From Methanobacteriota archaeon (GTDB lineage: Archaea; Halobacteriota; Methanomicrobia; Methanomicrobiales; Methanoculleaceae): 42,644 nt of DNA. The translations under genes and the position numbers were made by a program. The stretch covers positions 1 through 42,644 of the forward strand of contig JAENZF010000003.1 in the NCBI GenBank assembly GCA_016841385.1, read 5' to 3'. Within the stretch, counting starts at the first letter, position 1. Each line of letters starts with the position of its first letter. The notes below the pieces were generated by a model. The model did not search any database. It was not told where the DNA came from and saw nothing but the letters and a program-made list of their open reading frames with translations. Of this stretch, positions 8,625 to 18,969 are shown one piece after another.

Positions 8625-10280
8625 ATGTCAAGTCTTGGAGGACAACCAATCTTTATTCTGAAAGAGGGTAGCCAGCGTACCCGTGGTCGTGACGCACAGT
8701 CAGGCAACATCGCTGCCGCAAAGGCCGTCGCAAGCGCTGTACGGACAACGCTCGGCCCCAAGGGCATGGACAAGATGCTCGTCGACACCATCGGCGACGT
8801 CGTCATCACGAACGACGGTGTGACCATCTTGAAAGAGATGGATATCGAGCACCCCGCCGCGAAGATGATGGTCGAGATAGCGAAGACCCAGGACGATGAG
8901 GTCGGCGACGGCACCACGACCGCAGTGGTGATCGCGGGCGAGCTCCTGAAGCGTGCCGAGGATCTCCTCGACCAGGATGTGCACCCCACGGTCATCGCCC
9001 ATGGCTACCGCATGGCTGCCGATAAGGCGCAGGATATCCTCGACGAGATCGCCGTCGCTATCAAGCCCGACGACATGGTGATGCTCCGGAAGCTTGCCGA
9101 CACCGCCATGACCGGCAAGGGCGCCGAGGTCGCAAAGGAGAAACTCACCGAACTCGTCGTCAGGGCGATCACGATGGTCGCCGACGCCGACGGTACCGTC
9201 GACACCGAGTTCGTGAAGGTCGAGAAGAAGGTCGGCGGGTCCATCGAGGACTCCGAGATCGTCGAAGGCATGATCATCGACAAGGAGCGTGTGCACCCCG
9301 CCATGCCCCGTGTCGTCAAGAACGCGAAGATCCTGCTCCTGAATGCCGCCGTCGAGTTCAAGAAGACCGAGGTCGACGCCGAGATCAGCATCACGAGCCC
9401 CGACCAGCTCCAGATGTTCCTCGATGAAGAGGAGCGGATGATCAAGGGCATCGTCGACAAGATCATCGCAAGCGGTGCAAACGTCCTCTTCTGCCAGAAG
9501 GGTATCGACGACATCGCCCAGCACTACCTCGCCAAAGCCGGCATCTTTGCCGTGCGGCGTGTCAAGAAGAGCGACATGGAGAAACTCGCCCGTGCCACGA
9601 GCGGATCCGTCGTCAGCTCCATCGACGCCATCGCCCCCGAGGAACTCGGAAAGGCGGGCAGCGTCGAGGAGAAGAAGGTCTCCGGCGAAGAGATGATCTT
9701 CGTCACCGAGTGCGAGAACCCCAAAGCCGTCTCGATCATCATCCGTGGCGGCACCGAGCACGTAGTCGCCGAACTCGACCGTGCCATCGAGGATGCTCTC
9801 AGGGTCGTCAGCGTTGCCGTCGAGGACAAGAAATTCGTCGCCGGTGGCGGTGCGCCCGAGATCGAGCTCTCGCTCCGGCTCCGCGAATACGCCGCAAGTG
9901 TCGGTGGACGTGCCCAGCTCGCCATCGAGGCATTCGCAAACGCGCTTGAGATCATCCCGAGGACGCTTGCCGAGAACGCGGGCCTCGACCCGATCGACAT
10001 GCTCGTCGCTCTCCGCGCAGCCCACGAGAAGGGTGGTAAGAACGGAAAGTACATGGGACTTGACGTCTTCAACGGCGTATCCGGCGATATGCTCAAGGCC
10101 GGCGTCATCGAGCCTCTGCGGGTGAAGACCCAGGCAGTCTCCAGCGCCGCCGAGGCCGCTGTCATGATCCTCCGGATCGATGACGTCATCGCCTCATCCA
10201 AGTCCGCCGCACCTCCGGGTGGCATGGACGAGATGGGCGGCATGGGTGGCATGGGCGGCATGGGCATGCCCCCGATGTAA
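8625..10280 (+). CDS. ths: Thermosome (group II chaperonin) subunit
   Basis: [28 protein letters not shown] and ILRIDD motifs; GGM tail. Confidence 0.97.
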   Translation: MSSLGGQPIFILKEGSQRTRGRDAQSGNIAAAKAVASAVRTTLGPKGMDKMLVDTIGDVVITNDGVTILKEMDIEHPAAKMMVEIAKTQDDEVGDGTTTAVVIAGELLKRAEDLLDQDVHPTVIAHGYRMAADKAQDILDEIAVAIKPDDMVMLRKLADTAMTGKGAEVAKEKLTELVVRAITMVADADGTVDTEFVKVEKKVGGSIEDSEIVEGMIIDKERVHPAMPRVVKNAKILLLNAAVEFKKTEVDAEISITSPDQLQMFLDEEERMIKGIVDKIIASGANVLFCQKGIDDIAQHYLAKAGIFAVRRVKKSDMEKLARATSGSVVSSIDAIAPEELGKAGSVEEKKVSGEEMIFVTECENPKAVSIIIRGGTEHVVAELDRAIEDALRVVSVAVEDKKFVAGGGAPEIELSLRLREYAASVGGRAQLAIEAFANALEIIPRTLAENAGLDPIDMLVALRAAHEKGGKNGKYMGLDVFNGVSGDMLKAGVIEPLRVKTQAVSSAAEAAVMILRIDDVIASSKSAAPPGGMDEMGGMGGMGGMGMPPM

Positions 10281-10333
10281 GATCACCGTACCATCCGTAC
10301 GATACGATCCGGGGTCGCCATCCGGCCCCGACA

Positions 10334-10343
10334 TTCTCTTTTT
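10334..10343 (+). terminator. Putative archaeal oligo-T terminator after the thermosome gene
   Basis: TTCTCTTTTT about 55 nt after the stop codon. Confidence 0.4.
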
Positions 10344-10558
10344 CCGTCCCGTGCCCACCGCCGCGCAACTCTTCTCTCCAATGCAGTTTTATAGGGAGGT
10401 CGTGCTGCTCTCCCCGGAGCCCCCGGCCGAAATGCGTTGTTCAAATTTGCCCTTTCGGGTCAAAATCGTTCATACTATATAGCTACAGGTATATCCCCCA
10501 TTGAGGAACTGTTCCGGCCCTGAGGAGGTAACGCATGAAGAGCGGAGTGTGTACCTAA

Positions 10559-12451
10559 ATGACGGTAAAGGGATCGGCACGGCCGTCGCTCCCGCTCACA
10601 GTCTATCTCCTGCTTGCCATCCTGCTCGCGATGGCCCCCGTCGTCTGCCTGATCTCGCTCGTCGACTACATGGGGGTCGCACAGACGCTGGAGGCGAACG
10701 CCGAAGAATCCCGGAACCAGACTGAGGTCGGCATCGTTCTCTCGATGAACCTGATGGACACGGGGTTGAAACTCTTCGACAACACCTTAAACCACGAGAT
10801 GCAGGAGGGGTTCGGCCCATTTATCGCGGAGTACGAGCGAGCGGGAAGGGATCCGGCGGAGATGGACCTCCTCCGGGTCAAGGAGGAACTCGGGGGGAGG
10901 ATGGAACTCTACATCATCAACGAGAGCGGTGTCATCGAGTACGCCACCTGCCCTTCGGATCTCGGCCTCGATTTCCGGGAAATTCCCTACTTCTACGACA
11001 GGATCACGGAGATCCGGCTTAATGATGCCTTCTCGGCCGACAGGGTCGTCTCCGGGATCTCCAGCGGGGAACTCCAGAAGTATGCCTACATGCCCTCCCC
11101 GGACCACCGCTACCTCTTCGAGCTCGGCCTTGCGGAGTCTGAGTTTCAGCAGTATCGCACGGCGCTGAAGTACCGGGACATGGTCCGGGAGCTGGTGGAC
11201 CTGAACCCGGACGTTCTGGAGATCCGGATCTTCGACTGCCTGGGCACGCGGATCGTCGGTGAGGCGCATCCCGACGATGACCGTCGGCTGGCCATAGTCC
11301 GGCAGGCATACCGGGAGAGGACCACGCTTGATGTGGAGAACGCCACTGCAGGCGGACTGACCCGGTACCTCTTCATCGATATGACGGACAGCAATTACGC
11401 ATCGGATATGAGCCTGGTCGTCGAACTGACCTACAACATGAAGGCCGCGGAGGCGAAACTTGCCGGGATGCTTGGGTGGCATGCAAGCGTCCTGCTCATC
11501 GCGATCTTCTGCATCGGCTGTCTCTCGGCCCTCGCCACGCACCACCTGACGCGGCCGATACGCACCCTCGTCGAGGACGTCGATGCCGTCGCCCGCGGCG
11601 ACCTGGACCGCCCCATACGGGTGAGCGGGGACGAGGAGTTCGTGCACCTCGCCGAGAGCGTATGGCGAGTGGTCGCATCCTTAAAGGAGACTATGCGGAG
11701 GCTCCAGGAGTCGGAGGAGGAGATCATCCGGCACAGTCGTGTCCTCGAAGAACAGGTCCGGGAACGGGCGGCCGACCTTGAGGAGTCCAACCAGATGGCA
11801 ACACTCTATCTGGACATCATGGGGCACGACATCAACAACGCCAATAACGTCGCAAGCCTCTACGCGGACCTTCTCTTCGCCGACCTTGAGGGGGAGCCCG
11901 AGGCTGAGTTGCTCAGGAAGGCGAAGATGGGGCTCACAAAGAGCGTCGAGATCGTGCACAACGTCAACACCATCCAGCATATCCAGGGGGGCGTGCCGTC
12001 GCTCAGGCCGATCGACCTTGACCCGCTCGTAAGGCACGAGATAGAGCGTTCTTCTCTCTCCGGGATAACCTATGCCGGCACCACGGCAACCGTCCTCGCC
12101 GACGACCTCCTCTCCGAGGTCTTTGCGAACCTGTTCGGGAACGCGGAGAAGTTCGGCGGACCGGCGGTCGGGATCGCCGTCCGGATCGAAGAGCACGGGG
12201 AGGAGATAGAGGTCTCGGTCGAGGATACCGGGCCGGGCATCCCGGATGCTATAAAGCCACGGCTCTTCGACCGGCTGGTTCGGGGGACCCACAGGATGGC
12301 CGGGACCGGGCTCGGGCTCTACATCTGCCGGATGCTCATCGAGCGCTACGGCGGGAGGATCCGGGCGGAAGACCGGGTAGAGGGGCGGCCGGAGTGCGGC
12401 ACAGCCATCCGCTTCTCGCTCCGGAAGGCCGGAGAGGGAGATAGCCCATGA
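10559..12451 (+). CDS. Membrane-bound sensor histidine kinase (extracellular sensor, HAMP, HisKA, HATPase)
   Basis: Two TM segments, HAMP (LTRPI...VARGDL), H-box MGHDINN, N-box NAEKF, DTGPGI and GLGL. Confidence 0.93.
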   Translation: MTVKGSARPSLPLTVYLLLAILLAMAPVVCLISLVDYMGVAQTLEANAEESRNQTEVGIVLSMNLMDTGLKLFDNTLNHEMQEGFGPFIAEYERAGRDPAEMDLLRVKEELGGRMELYIINESGVIEYATCPSDLGLDFREIPYFYDRITEIRLNDAFSADRVVSGISSGELQKYAYMPSPDHRYLFELGLAESEFQQYRTALKYRDMVRELVDLNPDVLEIRIFDCLGTRIVGEAHPDDDRRLAIVRQAYRERTTLDVENATAGGLTRYLFIDMTDSNYASDMSLVVELTYNMKAAEAKLAGMLGWHASVLLIAIFCIGCLSALATHHLTRPIRTLVEDVDAVARGDLDRPIRVSGDEEFVHLAESVWRVVASLKETMRRLQESEEEIIRHSRVLEEQVRERAADLEESNQMATLYLDIMGHDINNANNVASLYADLLFADLEGEPEAELLRKAKMGLTKSVEIVHNVNTIQHIQGGVPSLRPIDLDPLVRHEIERSSLSGITYAGTTATVLADDLLSEVFANLFGNAEKFGGPAVGIAVRIEEHGEEIEVSVEDTGPGIPDAIKPRLFDRLVRGTHRMAGTGLGLYICRMLIERYGGRIRAEDRVEGRPECGTAIRFSLRKAGEGDSP

Positions 12452-15400
12452 CAGTGATGGGCGACAGCGGCAAAAGGCCTCGCCGCTTTAGTACACATCT
12501 GGTACTCGTCATGATCCTGATCATGCTTCCGGTGATCGGGCTGATCTCGGCCATGGACTACCGGCAGGTCGAGGGGGCTCTGATCACTGAGGAAAACCTG
12601 CTCCGGGAGCAGACGAAGAAGAACGTCGTTGAGTCGATACGTCTTGTGGATGCGGGCCTGAAACTCTTCGACAGCACGCTGGACGGCCGGATGCAGGAGG
12701 GATTCGACCCGGTCTTCGCCGAGTACGAGCGGGTGGGAAGGGACCCGGGGGAGATGGACCTCTCCCGCGTCAAAGAGGATCTCGGGGGGGAGATGGACGT
12801 CTACATCATCAACGCGTCAGGCGTCATCGAGTACACCACCTACCCCCCGGACCTTGGCCTCGATTTCAGGGGGATCCCCTACTTTTACGAACGGATAACG
12901 GAGATCCGGCTCGGCGATACCTTCGTGGCGGACCGGATCATGGCGGAACCGGCGAGCGGACGGCTGCGGAAGTACGCCTACATGCCCTCCCCCGACCACC
13001 GCTGCCTCTTCGAGCTCGGGCTCGTCTGCAGTGCAGCCGGGATTGACCGGTTTGATCCGCAATACCAGACCCTCAGAGAAGACCTGATGCGGTTGAACCC
13101 GGCGCTCGAAGGGATCCGGATCTTTGACTGTTACGGGAGGCTCATCAACGCGACCGAGTCGGAGAGCTCGACCGATCCCGCTGCCATCAATTCCGTTGCC
13201 CGGGCGGTCTTTGAAGAGAAGCGGGACCGGACGATAACGGACCCGGCCGCAGGACGATTCACCCGGTACATCCTTGTCGACCTCTCCGCTCCTGACTACC
13301 CATCGGACACGAGCCGGGTTGTCGAGCTGACCTACAGTACTGCTCCTCTTGATGCCCGGCTCGCGGAGATGCGGCTCAGTCACGCTCTCCTTGCGGTCTT
13401 CGCGGGCCTGATCGCCTGTTGCATCGCGTTCCCGGTCTCACGGCAGGTCACTCGCCCTATACGGGAGATCGTCGACGATGTCAACCAGATCGCCCGAGGG
13501 GATCTCGACCACCAGATCCGGGTGTCTACAGGAACGGAGTTTACCCTTCTCTCGGAGAGCATCGGTACCATGATCGATTCCCTCAAAGGGAATATCCGGC
13601 GCCTCCGCGAGTCGGAAGAGACAACACGGCAGTACAGCACCCGGCTTGAAGATCAGGTCCGGGAGCGGACGGCCGATATCGAGGAATCCAGTCGGACAGC
13701 AGCACTCTTTCTGGACATTATGGTTCATGACATCAACAACGCAAACACTATCGCTATCGGATATATCCGGTTCCTCGCCGATGCACTCGAAGGAGAACGG
13801 CAGGAGATGGCCCAAAAGATGCTCTCCCAGCTCGAGCAGAGTTCCGAGATCATCGGCTGCGTCGCCACCCTCCGGGAGGCCCGGGAGTGTGGAGCAGCAT
13901 TGGCGCAGGTGGACCTCGATCGGGTGATCCGGGCACAGGTAGCGAATCACCCTGTAATCCGGATCCGGTATGAGGGTCGCCCGGTCGCAGTCCTTGCCGA
14001 TGACCTCCTCTCTGAGGTCTTTGCGAACCTCATCGGCAACGCTACCAAGTTTGGGGGGCAGGACGTCGAGATCGCCATTCGGGTCGAAGAGGACGAGGGG
14101 GAGGCACTCATCTCGGTCGAGGATACCGGGCCGGGCATCGCCGACGCGGTGAAGAGCGAGCTCTTCCGCCGCTTCCGGAGGGGGGAGGGACCGCTCGCCG
14201 GGGCGGGGCTCGGGCTCTACATCTGCCGGATGCTCATCGAGCGCTACGGCGGGAGGATCCGGGCGGAAGACCGGGTAGAGGGGCGGCCGGAGTGCGGCAC
14301 AGCCATCCGCTTCTCGCTCCGGAAGGCCGGAGAGGGAGATAGCCCATGACAGTGATGGGCGACAGCGGCAAAAGGCCTCGCCGCTTTAGTACACATCTGG
14401 TACTCGTCATGATCCTGATCATGCTTCCGGTGATCGGGCTGATCTCGGCCATGGACTACCGGCAGGTCGAGGGGGCTCTGATCACTGAGGAAAACCTGCT
14501 CCGGGAGCAGACGAAGAAGAACGTCGTTGAGTCGATACGTCTTGTGGATGCGGGCCTGAAACTCTTCGACAGCACGCTGGACGGCCGGATGCAGGAGGGA
14601 TTCGACCCGGTCTTCGCCGAGTACGAGCGGGTGGGAAGGGACCCGGGGGAGATGGACCTCTCCCGCGTCAAAGAGGATCTCGGGGGGGAGATGGACGTCT
14701 ACATCATCAACGCGTCAGGCGTCATCGAGTACACCACCTACCCCCCGGACCTTGGCCTCGATTTCAGGGGGATCCCCTACTTTTACGAACGGATAACGGA
14801 GATCCGGCTCGGCGATACCTTCGTGGCGGACCGGATCATGGCGGAACCGGCGAGCGGACGGCTGCGGAAGTACGCCTACATGCCCTCCCCCGACCACCGC
14901 TGCCTCTTCGAGCTCGGGCTCGTCTGCAGTGCAGCCGGGATTGACCGGTTTGATCCGCAATACCAGACCCTCAGAGAAGACCTGATGCGGTTGAACCCGG
15001 CGCTCGAAGGGATCCGGATCTTTGACTGTTACGGGAGGCTCATCAACGCGACCGAGTCGGAGAGCTCGACCGATCCCGCTGCCATCAATTCCGTTGCCCG
15101 GGCGGTCTTTGAAGAGAAGCGGGACCGGACGATAACGGACCCGGCCGCAGGACGATTCACCCGGTACATCCTTGTCGACCTCTCCGCTCCTGACTACCCA
15201 TCGGACACGAGCCGGGTTGTCGAGCTGACCTACAGTACTGCTCCTCTTGATGCCCGGCTCGCGGAGATGCGGCTCAGTCACGCTCTCCTTGCGGTCTTCG
15301 CGGGCCTGATCGCCTGTTGCATCGCGTTCCCGGTCTCACGGCAGGTCACTCGCCCTATACGGGAGATCGTCGACGATGTCAACCAGATCGCCCGAGGGGA

Positions 15401-16165
15401 TCTCGACCACCAGATCCGGGTGTCTACAGGAACGGAGTTTACCCTTCTCTCGGAGAGCATCGGTACCATGATCGATTCCCTCAAAGGGAATATCCGGCGC
15501 CTCCGCGAGTCGGAAGAGACAACACGGCAGTACAGCACCCGGCTTGAAGATCAGGTCCGGGAGCGGACGGCCGATATCGAGGAATCCAGTCGGACAGCAG
15601 CACTCTTTCTGGACATTATGGTTCATGACATCAACAACGCAAACACTATCGCTATCGGATATATCCGGTTCCTCGCCGATGCACTCGAAGGAGAACGGCA
15701 GGAGATGGCCCAAAAGATGCTCTCCCAGCTCGAGCAGAGTTCCGAGATCATCGGCTGCGTCGCCACCCTCCGGGAGGCCCGGGAGTGTGGAGCAGCATTG
15801 GCGCAGGTGGACCTCGATCGGGTGATCCGGGCACAGGTAGCGAATCACCCTGTAATCCGGATCCGGTATGAGGGTCGCCCGGTCGCAGTCCTTGCCGATG
15901 ACCTCCTCTCTGAGGTCTTTGCGAACCTCATCGGCAACGCTACCAAGTTTGGGGGGCAGGACGTCGAGATCGCCATTCGGGTCGAAGAGGACGAGGGGGA
16001 GGCACTCATCTCGGTCGAGGATACCGGGCCGGGCATCGCCGACGCGGTGAAGAGCGAGCTCTTCCGCCGCTTCCGGAGGGGGGAGGGACCGCTCGCCGGG
16101 GCGGGGCTCGGGCTCTACATCTGCCGGATGCTCATCGAGCGCTACGGCGGGAGGATCCGGGCGGA
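12308..16165 (+). repeat. Tandem duplication with 1898-bp period, bounded by three copies of a 62-bp direct repeat
   Basis: GGGCTCGGGCTCTACATC...GATCCGGGCGGA at 12308-12369, 14206-14267 and 16104-16165; all ORFs in the unit recur at +1898. Confidence 0.95.
12448..14349 (+). CDS. Sensor histidine kinase, copy 1 (chimeric 3' end identical to the upstream kinase)
   Basis: Same architecture (MVHDINN); ends RIRAEDRVEGRPECGTAIRFSLRKAGEGDSP like 10559..12451. Confidence 0.85.
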   Translation: MTVMGDSGKRPRRFSTHLVLVMILIMLPVIGLISAMDYRQVEGALITEENLLREQTKKNVVESIRLVDAGLKLFDSTLDGRMQEGFDPVFAEYERVGRDPGEMDLSRVKEDLGGEMDVYIINASGVIEYTTYPPDLGLDFRGIPYFYERITEIRLGDTFVADRIMAEPASGRLRKYAYMPSPDHRCLFELGLVCSAAGIDRFDPQYQTLREDLMRLNPALEGIRIFDCYGRLINATESESSTDPAAINSVARAVFEEKRDRTITDPAAGRFTRYILVDLSAPDYPSDTSRVVELTYSTAPLDARLAEMRLSHALLAVFAGLIACCIAFPVSRQVTRPIREIVDDVNQIARGDLDHQIRVSTGTEFTLLSESIGTMIDSLKGNIRRLRESEETTRQYSTRLEDQVRERTADIEESSRTAALFLDIMVHDINNANTIAIGYIRFLADALEGERQEMAQKMLSQLEQSSEIIGCVATLREARECGAALAQVDLDRVIRAQVANHPVIRIRYEGRPVAVLADDLLSEVFANLIGNATKFGGQDVEIAIRVEEDEGEALISVEDTGPGIADAVKSELFRRFRRGEGPLAGAGLGLYICRMLIERYGGRIRAEDRVEGRPECGTAIRFSLRKAGEGDSP

Positions 16166-16232
16166 CGACCGGGTAGGGGGGCGGCCGGAGTGCGGCGCAG
16201 CCATCCGGTTCACACTCAGGAAGGCCGGGTGA
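14346..16232 (+). CDS. Sensor histidine kinase, copy 2
   Basis: Translation identical to copy 1 except the C-terminus RIRADDRVGGRPECGAAIRFTLRKAG. Confidence 0.9.
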   Translation: MTVMGDSGKRPRRFSTHLVLVMILIMLPVIGLISAMDYRQVEGALITEENLLREQTKKNVVESIRLVDAGLKLFDSTLDGRMQEGFDPVFAEYERVGRDPGEMDLSRVKEDLGGEMDVYIINASGVIEYTTYPPDLGLDFRGIPYFYERITEIRLGDTFVADRIMAEPASGRLRKYAYMPSPDHRCLFELGLVCSAAGIDRFDPQYQTLREDLMRLNPALEGIRIFDCYGRLINATESESSTDPAAINSVARAVFEEKRDRTITDPAAGRFTRYILVDLSAPDYPSDTSRVVELTYSTAPLDARLAEMRLSHALLAVFAGLIACCIAFPVSRQVTRPIREIVDDVNQIARGDLDHQIRVSTGTEFTLLSESIGTMIDSLKGNIRRLRESEETTRQYSTRLEDQVRERTADIEESSRTAALFLDIMVHDINNANTIAIGYIRFLADALEGERQEMAQKMLSQLEQSSEIIGCVATLREARECGAALAQVDLDRVIRAQVANHPVIRIRYEGRPVAVLADDLLSEVFANLIGNATKFGGQDVEIAIRVEEDEGEALISVEDTGPGIADAVKSELFRRFRRGEGPLAGAGLGLYICRMLIERYGGRIRADDRVGGRPECGAAIRFTLRKAG

Positions 16233-16244
16233 AGCCGACGGATT

Positions 16245-16439
16245 TCACCCGATGATCTCCTGCACCCGCCCGACCTGTCCGTCCTGGAGCCGGACCTTGA
16301 TGCCGTGGGGGTGGAAGGACGAGTTCGTCAGGATCTCGGCAACAACGCCCCGGGTGCGCTTCCCGGTCCGCTGGTCGCGTTTGAGCACGATATCCACCGT
16401 CATGCCGGGATGGATGGCGGCCCGGTTCTGTCCGCTCAT
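16245..16439 (-). CDS. YwbE family (DUF2196) protein
   Basis: VDIVLKRDQRTGKRTRGVVAEILTNSSFHPHGIKVRLQDGQVGRV; start trimmed to MSGQNR. Confidence 0.9.
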   Translation of the reverse strand: MSGQNRAAIHPGMTVDIVLKRDQRTGKRTRGVVAEILTNSSFHPHGIKVRLQDGQVGRVQEIIG

Positions 16440-16458
16440 GGCAAGAAACTGTGGGGGG

Positions 16459-17985
16459 TCACTCGTCCCCACCGTTCTGCTCTGCTCCGGCCCCGTTTGG
16501 CCCCGGGACAGCGGTCTTCATCTGCGGGAAGAGGAGCACTTCCTTGATCGAGTCCTTGCCGGTGAGGAGCATCACCAGGCGGTCGATGCCGATGCCGACG
16601 CCCCCGGTGGGAGGCATCCCGTAGCCGAGCGCGTTGATGAAGTCGTAGTCGATCATCTGCGCCTCGAGGTCGCCCCGGCGGCGTTTGGCGTCCTGCTGTT
16701 CGAGCCGGGCCTTCTGGTCGAGCGGGTCGTTTAACTCCGAGAAGCCGTTCGCCATCTCCATCCCGGCGATGAAGAGTTCGAACCGCTCCGTCAGCCCCTC
16801 CTTCTCCCGGTGCTTCTTTGCAAGCGGTGAGTTCTCGATGGGGAAGTCGTAGACGAACGTCGGCTGGATGAGGTGCTTCTCGCCGAAGTGCTCGAAGAGG
16901 AGCACCAGGAACTCGCCCCGGGTCGTGGCGCTCTCGCAGCCCTCGACGCAATGCTCCAGGCCGAACGCACGAAGTTCTTCCACGCTATGGGCGTGGATGT
17001 CGATGCCGGCGTACTCCTGCACCGCCTCCTCCATGGAAAGGCGGCGCCAGGGGCGGGCGAAGTCCAGGTCGTGCCCTGCGAACGGTATGGTGGTTCTCCC
17101 GTGGACCGTCTCCGTGAGGTGCGAGAGGATCTCCTCGGTGAGGTCCATCATGTCGTTGTAGTCCCGGTAGGCCTCGTAGATCTCCACCATCGAGAACTCG
17201 GGGTTGTGGTTGGTGTCGATATCTTCGTTCCTGAAGTTCTTCGCGATCTCAAAGACTTTGTCGAAACCGCCGACGACCAGGCGCTTGAGGTAGAGTTCCG
17301 GCGCGATCCGGAGGTAGAGTTTCTGGTCGAGGGCGTTGTGGTGGGTGGTGAACGGCCGGGCGTTTGCGCCGCCGTAGATCGGCTGCAGGGTGGGGGTCTC
17401 GAACTCCAGGAAGTCCCGCTCGAAGAGGAACTGCCGCAGGAGCGATATGATCCTGCTCCGGGTCCGAAACGTCTCGCGGCTCTCCTCGTTCATGATCAGG
17501 TCGAGGTAGCGCTGCCGGTAGCGGGTCTCGACGTTCTTGAGCCCGTGGAACTTCTCGGGGAGGGGACAGACCGACTTGGTGAGGAGCTCGAACCGGTCGA
17601 CCCAGATGGTGATCTCCCCCATCTTCGTCCTGAAGACGTGGCCGACGACGCCGATGATATCCCCGGCATCGACATACTGTTTGAAGAGATCGAACTGCTC
17701 CTCGCCGAGGTCGTTCTTCCGGAGATAGAGTTGTATCCTGCCGCCCGAGTCCCCCATATCGGCGAAGATCGTCTTGCCGTGCTGGCGGACGATGTAGACG
17801 CGGCCCGCGGCGCTGACCTCTTCCACGCTCTTCTCGTGCTCGATTGCGGAGAACCGTTCCTTGATCTCCCTGACGGTATCCTTGCGCTCAAAGGTATAGG
17901 GGTATACCGTCACCCCGCGCTCGAGCAGCTCCTGTATCTTATCGATCTTTGTCGTATCAAAACAGAGATGATCCATATCGCTCAT
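16459..17985 (-). CDS. lysS: Lysine--tRNA ligase, class II
   Basis: OB anticodon domain, RYRQRYLDL, GGANARPF, LRIAPELYLKRL, FRNE, HNPEF and GMPPTGGVGIGIDRL motifs. Confidence 0.97.
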   Translation of the reverse strand: MSDMDHLCFDTTKIDKIQELLERGVTVYPYTFERKDTVREIKERFSAIEHEKSVEEVSAAGRVYIVRQHGKTIFADMGDSGGRIQLYLRKNDLGEEQFDLFKQYVDAGDIIGVVGHVFRTKMGEITIWVDRFELLTKSVCPLPEKFHGLKNVETRYRQRYLDLIMNEESRETFRTRSRIISLLRQFLFERDFLEFETPTLQPIYGGANARPFTTHHNALDQKLYLRIAPELYLKRLVVGGFDKVFEIAKNFRNEDIDTNHNPEFSMVEIYEAYRDYNDMMDLTEEILSHLTETVHGRTTIPFAGHDLDFARPWRRLSMEEAVQEYAGIDIHAHSVEELRAFGLEHCVEGCESATTRGEFLVLLFEHFGEKHLIQPTFVYDFPIENSPLAKKHREKEGLTERFELFIAGMEMANGFSELNDPLDQKARLEQQDAKRRRGDLEAQMIDYDFINALGYGMPPTGGVGIGIDRLVMLLTGKDSIKEVLLFPQMKTAVPGPNGAGAEQNGGDE

Positions 17986-18126
17986 AGTGTAAACAGCTCC
18001 ATTCGTCCTGCAGCCCCTCTTCAAGCCCGAAACCCGGGTCTGCCGCCGTTCCGGGGAGGCCGGGCCGCACGCTCACGGATAAATCCTATATACAGTTCCC
18101 CTCCGGTGCTATTAATGTTTGAGGGA

Positions 18127-18204
18127 GCGACGGACGGGACGTCCGGAGCTCGAGCACCGCCAGGTGCGAGTGGCGACGGGCCGTAAGGGCCGGACCCGTC
18201 CGTC
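18127..18204 (+). repeat. Intergenic hairpin-module repeat element (family shared with 32969-33024 and 33233-33345)
   Basis: Outer arms GACGGACGGG/CCCGTCCGTC enclose GGAGCTCGAGCACC-GCCA-GGTGCGAG-TG-GCGACGGGCC-GTAA-GGGCCGG. Confidence 0.8.
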
Positions 18205-18345
18205 ACGGGTAAGTGCCGTGTAAGGCCCCCTGGGAACGGGCCGGTGAGCGCAAGGCTGCGGGGAGCGCTCCCCGGAGTCCGTCGGCGCCGGCGGTAAAAC
18301 GCAATGCATAAGAAGGTTATACGAGTTATCGTCAATAGTGTGGGC

Positions 18346-18963
18346 ATGGTGCAGGAGACGGGGAGAGAGGTAGCGATAGAGAGGCTTGCCGCCGTTATCG
18401 GGGAGTGCCGGAAGTGCCCTCTCTGGGAGAACACCCATCACGCGGTTCCGGGGGAGGGGGCTCCCCGGGCCGACCTCATGCTCATCGGCGAAGCGCCGGG
18501 GAAGCAGGAAGACCTCACCGGGAGACCGTTCGTGGGGCGGGCGGGGAAACTCCTCGAAGGCCTCCTCGCAGGGATAGGTCTTTCGCGGGACGACGTCTTC
18601 ATCGCGAACATCGTCAAGCACCGGCCGCCCGGGAACCGCGACCCCCGGGATGAGGAGATCCGGGCCTGCACCCCGTATCTCGAGGAGCAGATCCGGATCG
18701 TCTGCCCGAAGGTGATCGTGATGCTGGGCCGGCACTCGAGCAGGTACATCCTCTCCTTCCTGCCGGTCGAGTTCGAGCGAATCACGGAGATCCGGGGGAC
18801 TGTCTACCCGGGCCTCCTCTTCGGTCACCCGGTCCGCCTCATCCCCACCCTCCACCCCGCCGCCGCGCTCTACAACCCGGCATACCGGGTGGCCCTGGAA
18901 GAGGATTTCCGGGTCATCGGGCGCGAACTCGCAGGCGCCGGAGAACCCACGACAGAGGACTGA
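18346..18963 (+). CDS. udg: Uracil-DNA glycosylase, family 4
   Basis: CRKCPL, GEAPG..ED..GRPFVGRAG, RPPGNRDP and HPAAAL motifs; start set at MVQET. Confidence 0.93.
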   Translation: MVQETGREVAIERLAAVIGECRKCPLWENTHHAVPGEGAPRADLMLIGEAPGKQEDLTGRPFVGRAGKLLEGLLAGIGLSRDDVFIANIVKHRPPGNRDPRDEEIRACTPYLEEQIRIVCPKVIVMLGRHSSRYILSFLPVEFERITEIRGTVYPGLLFGHPVRLIPTLHPAAALYNPAYRVALEEDFRVIGRELAGAGEPTTED

Positions 18964-18969
18964 AGGGCC

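Noticed and set aside
8700-10025. Long antisense ORFs (also 16873-18186, 23255-24337, 34250-35416, 969-1850)
   Set aside because: Mirror frames of strongly codon-biased real genes; no motifs.
10219-10270. ATGGGCGGC-type tandem repeats
   Set aside because: Ordinary GGM tail of chaperonins.
16459-17985. Class II LysRS in an archaeon as recent horizontal transfer
   Set aside because: Class II LysRS is known in several archaeal lineages, and codon usage is host-like.
18121-18300. Possible tRNA, SRP or RNase P RNA
   Set aside because: No T-loop/anticodon cloverleaf or SRP/RNase P signature recognised; better explained as a repeat copy.
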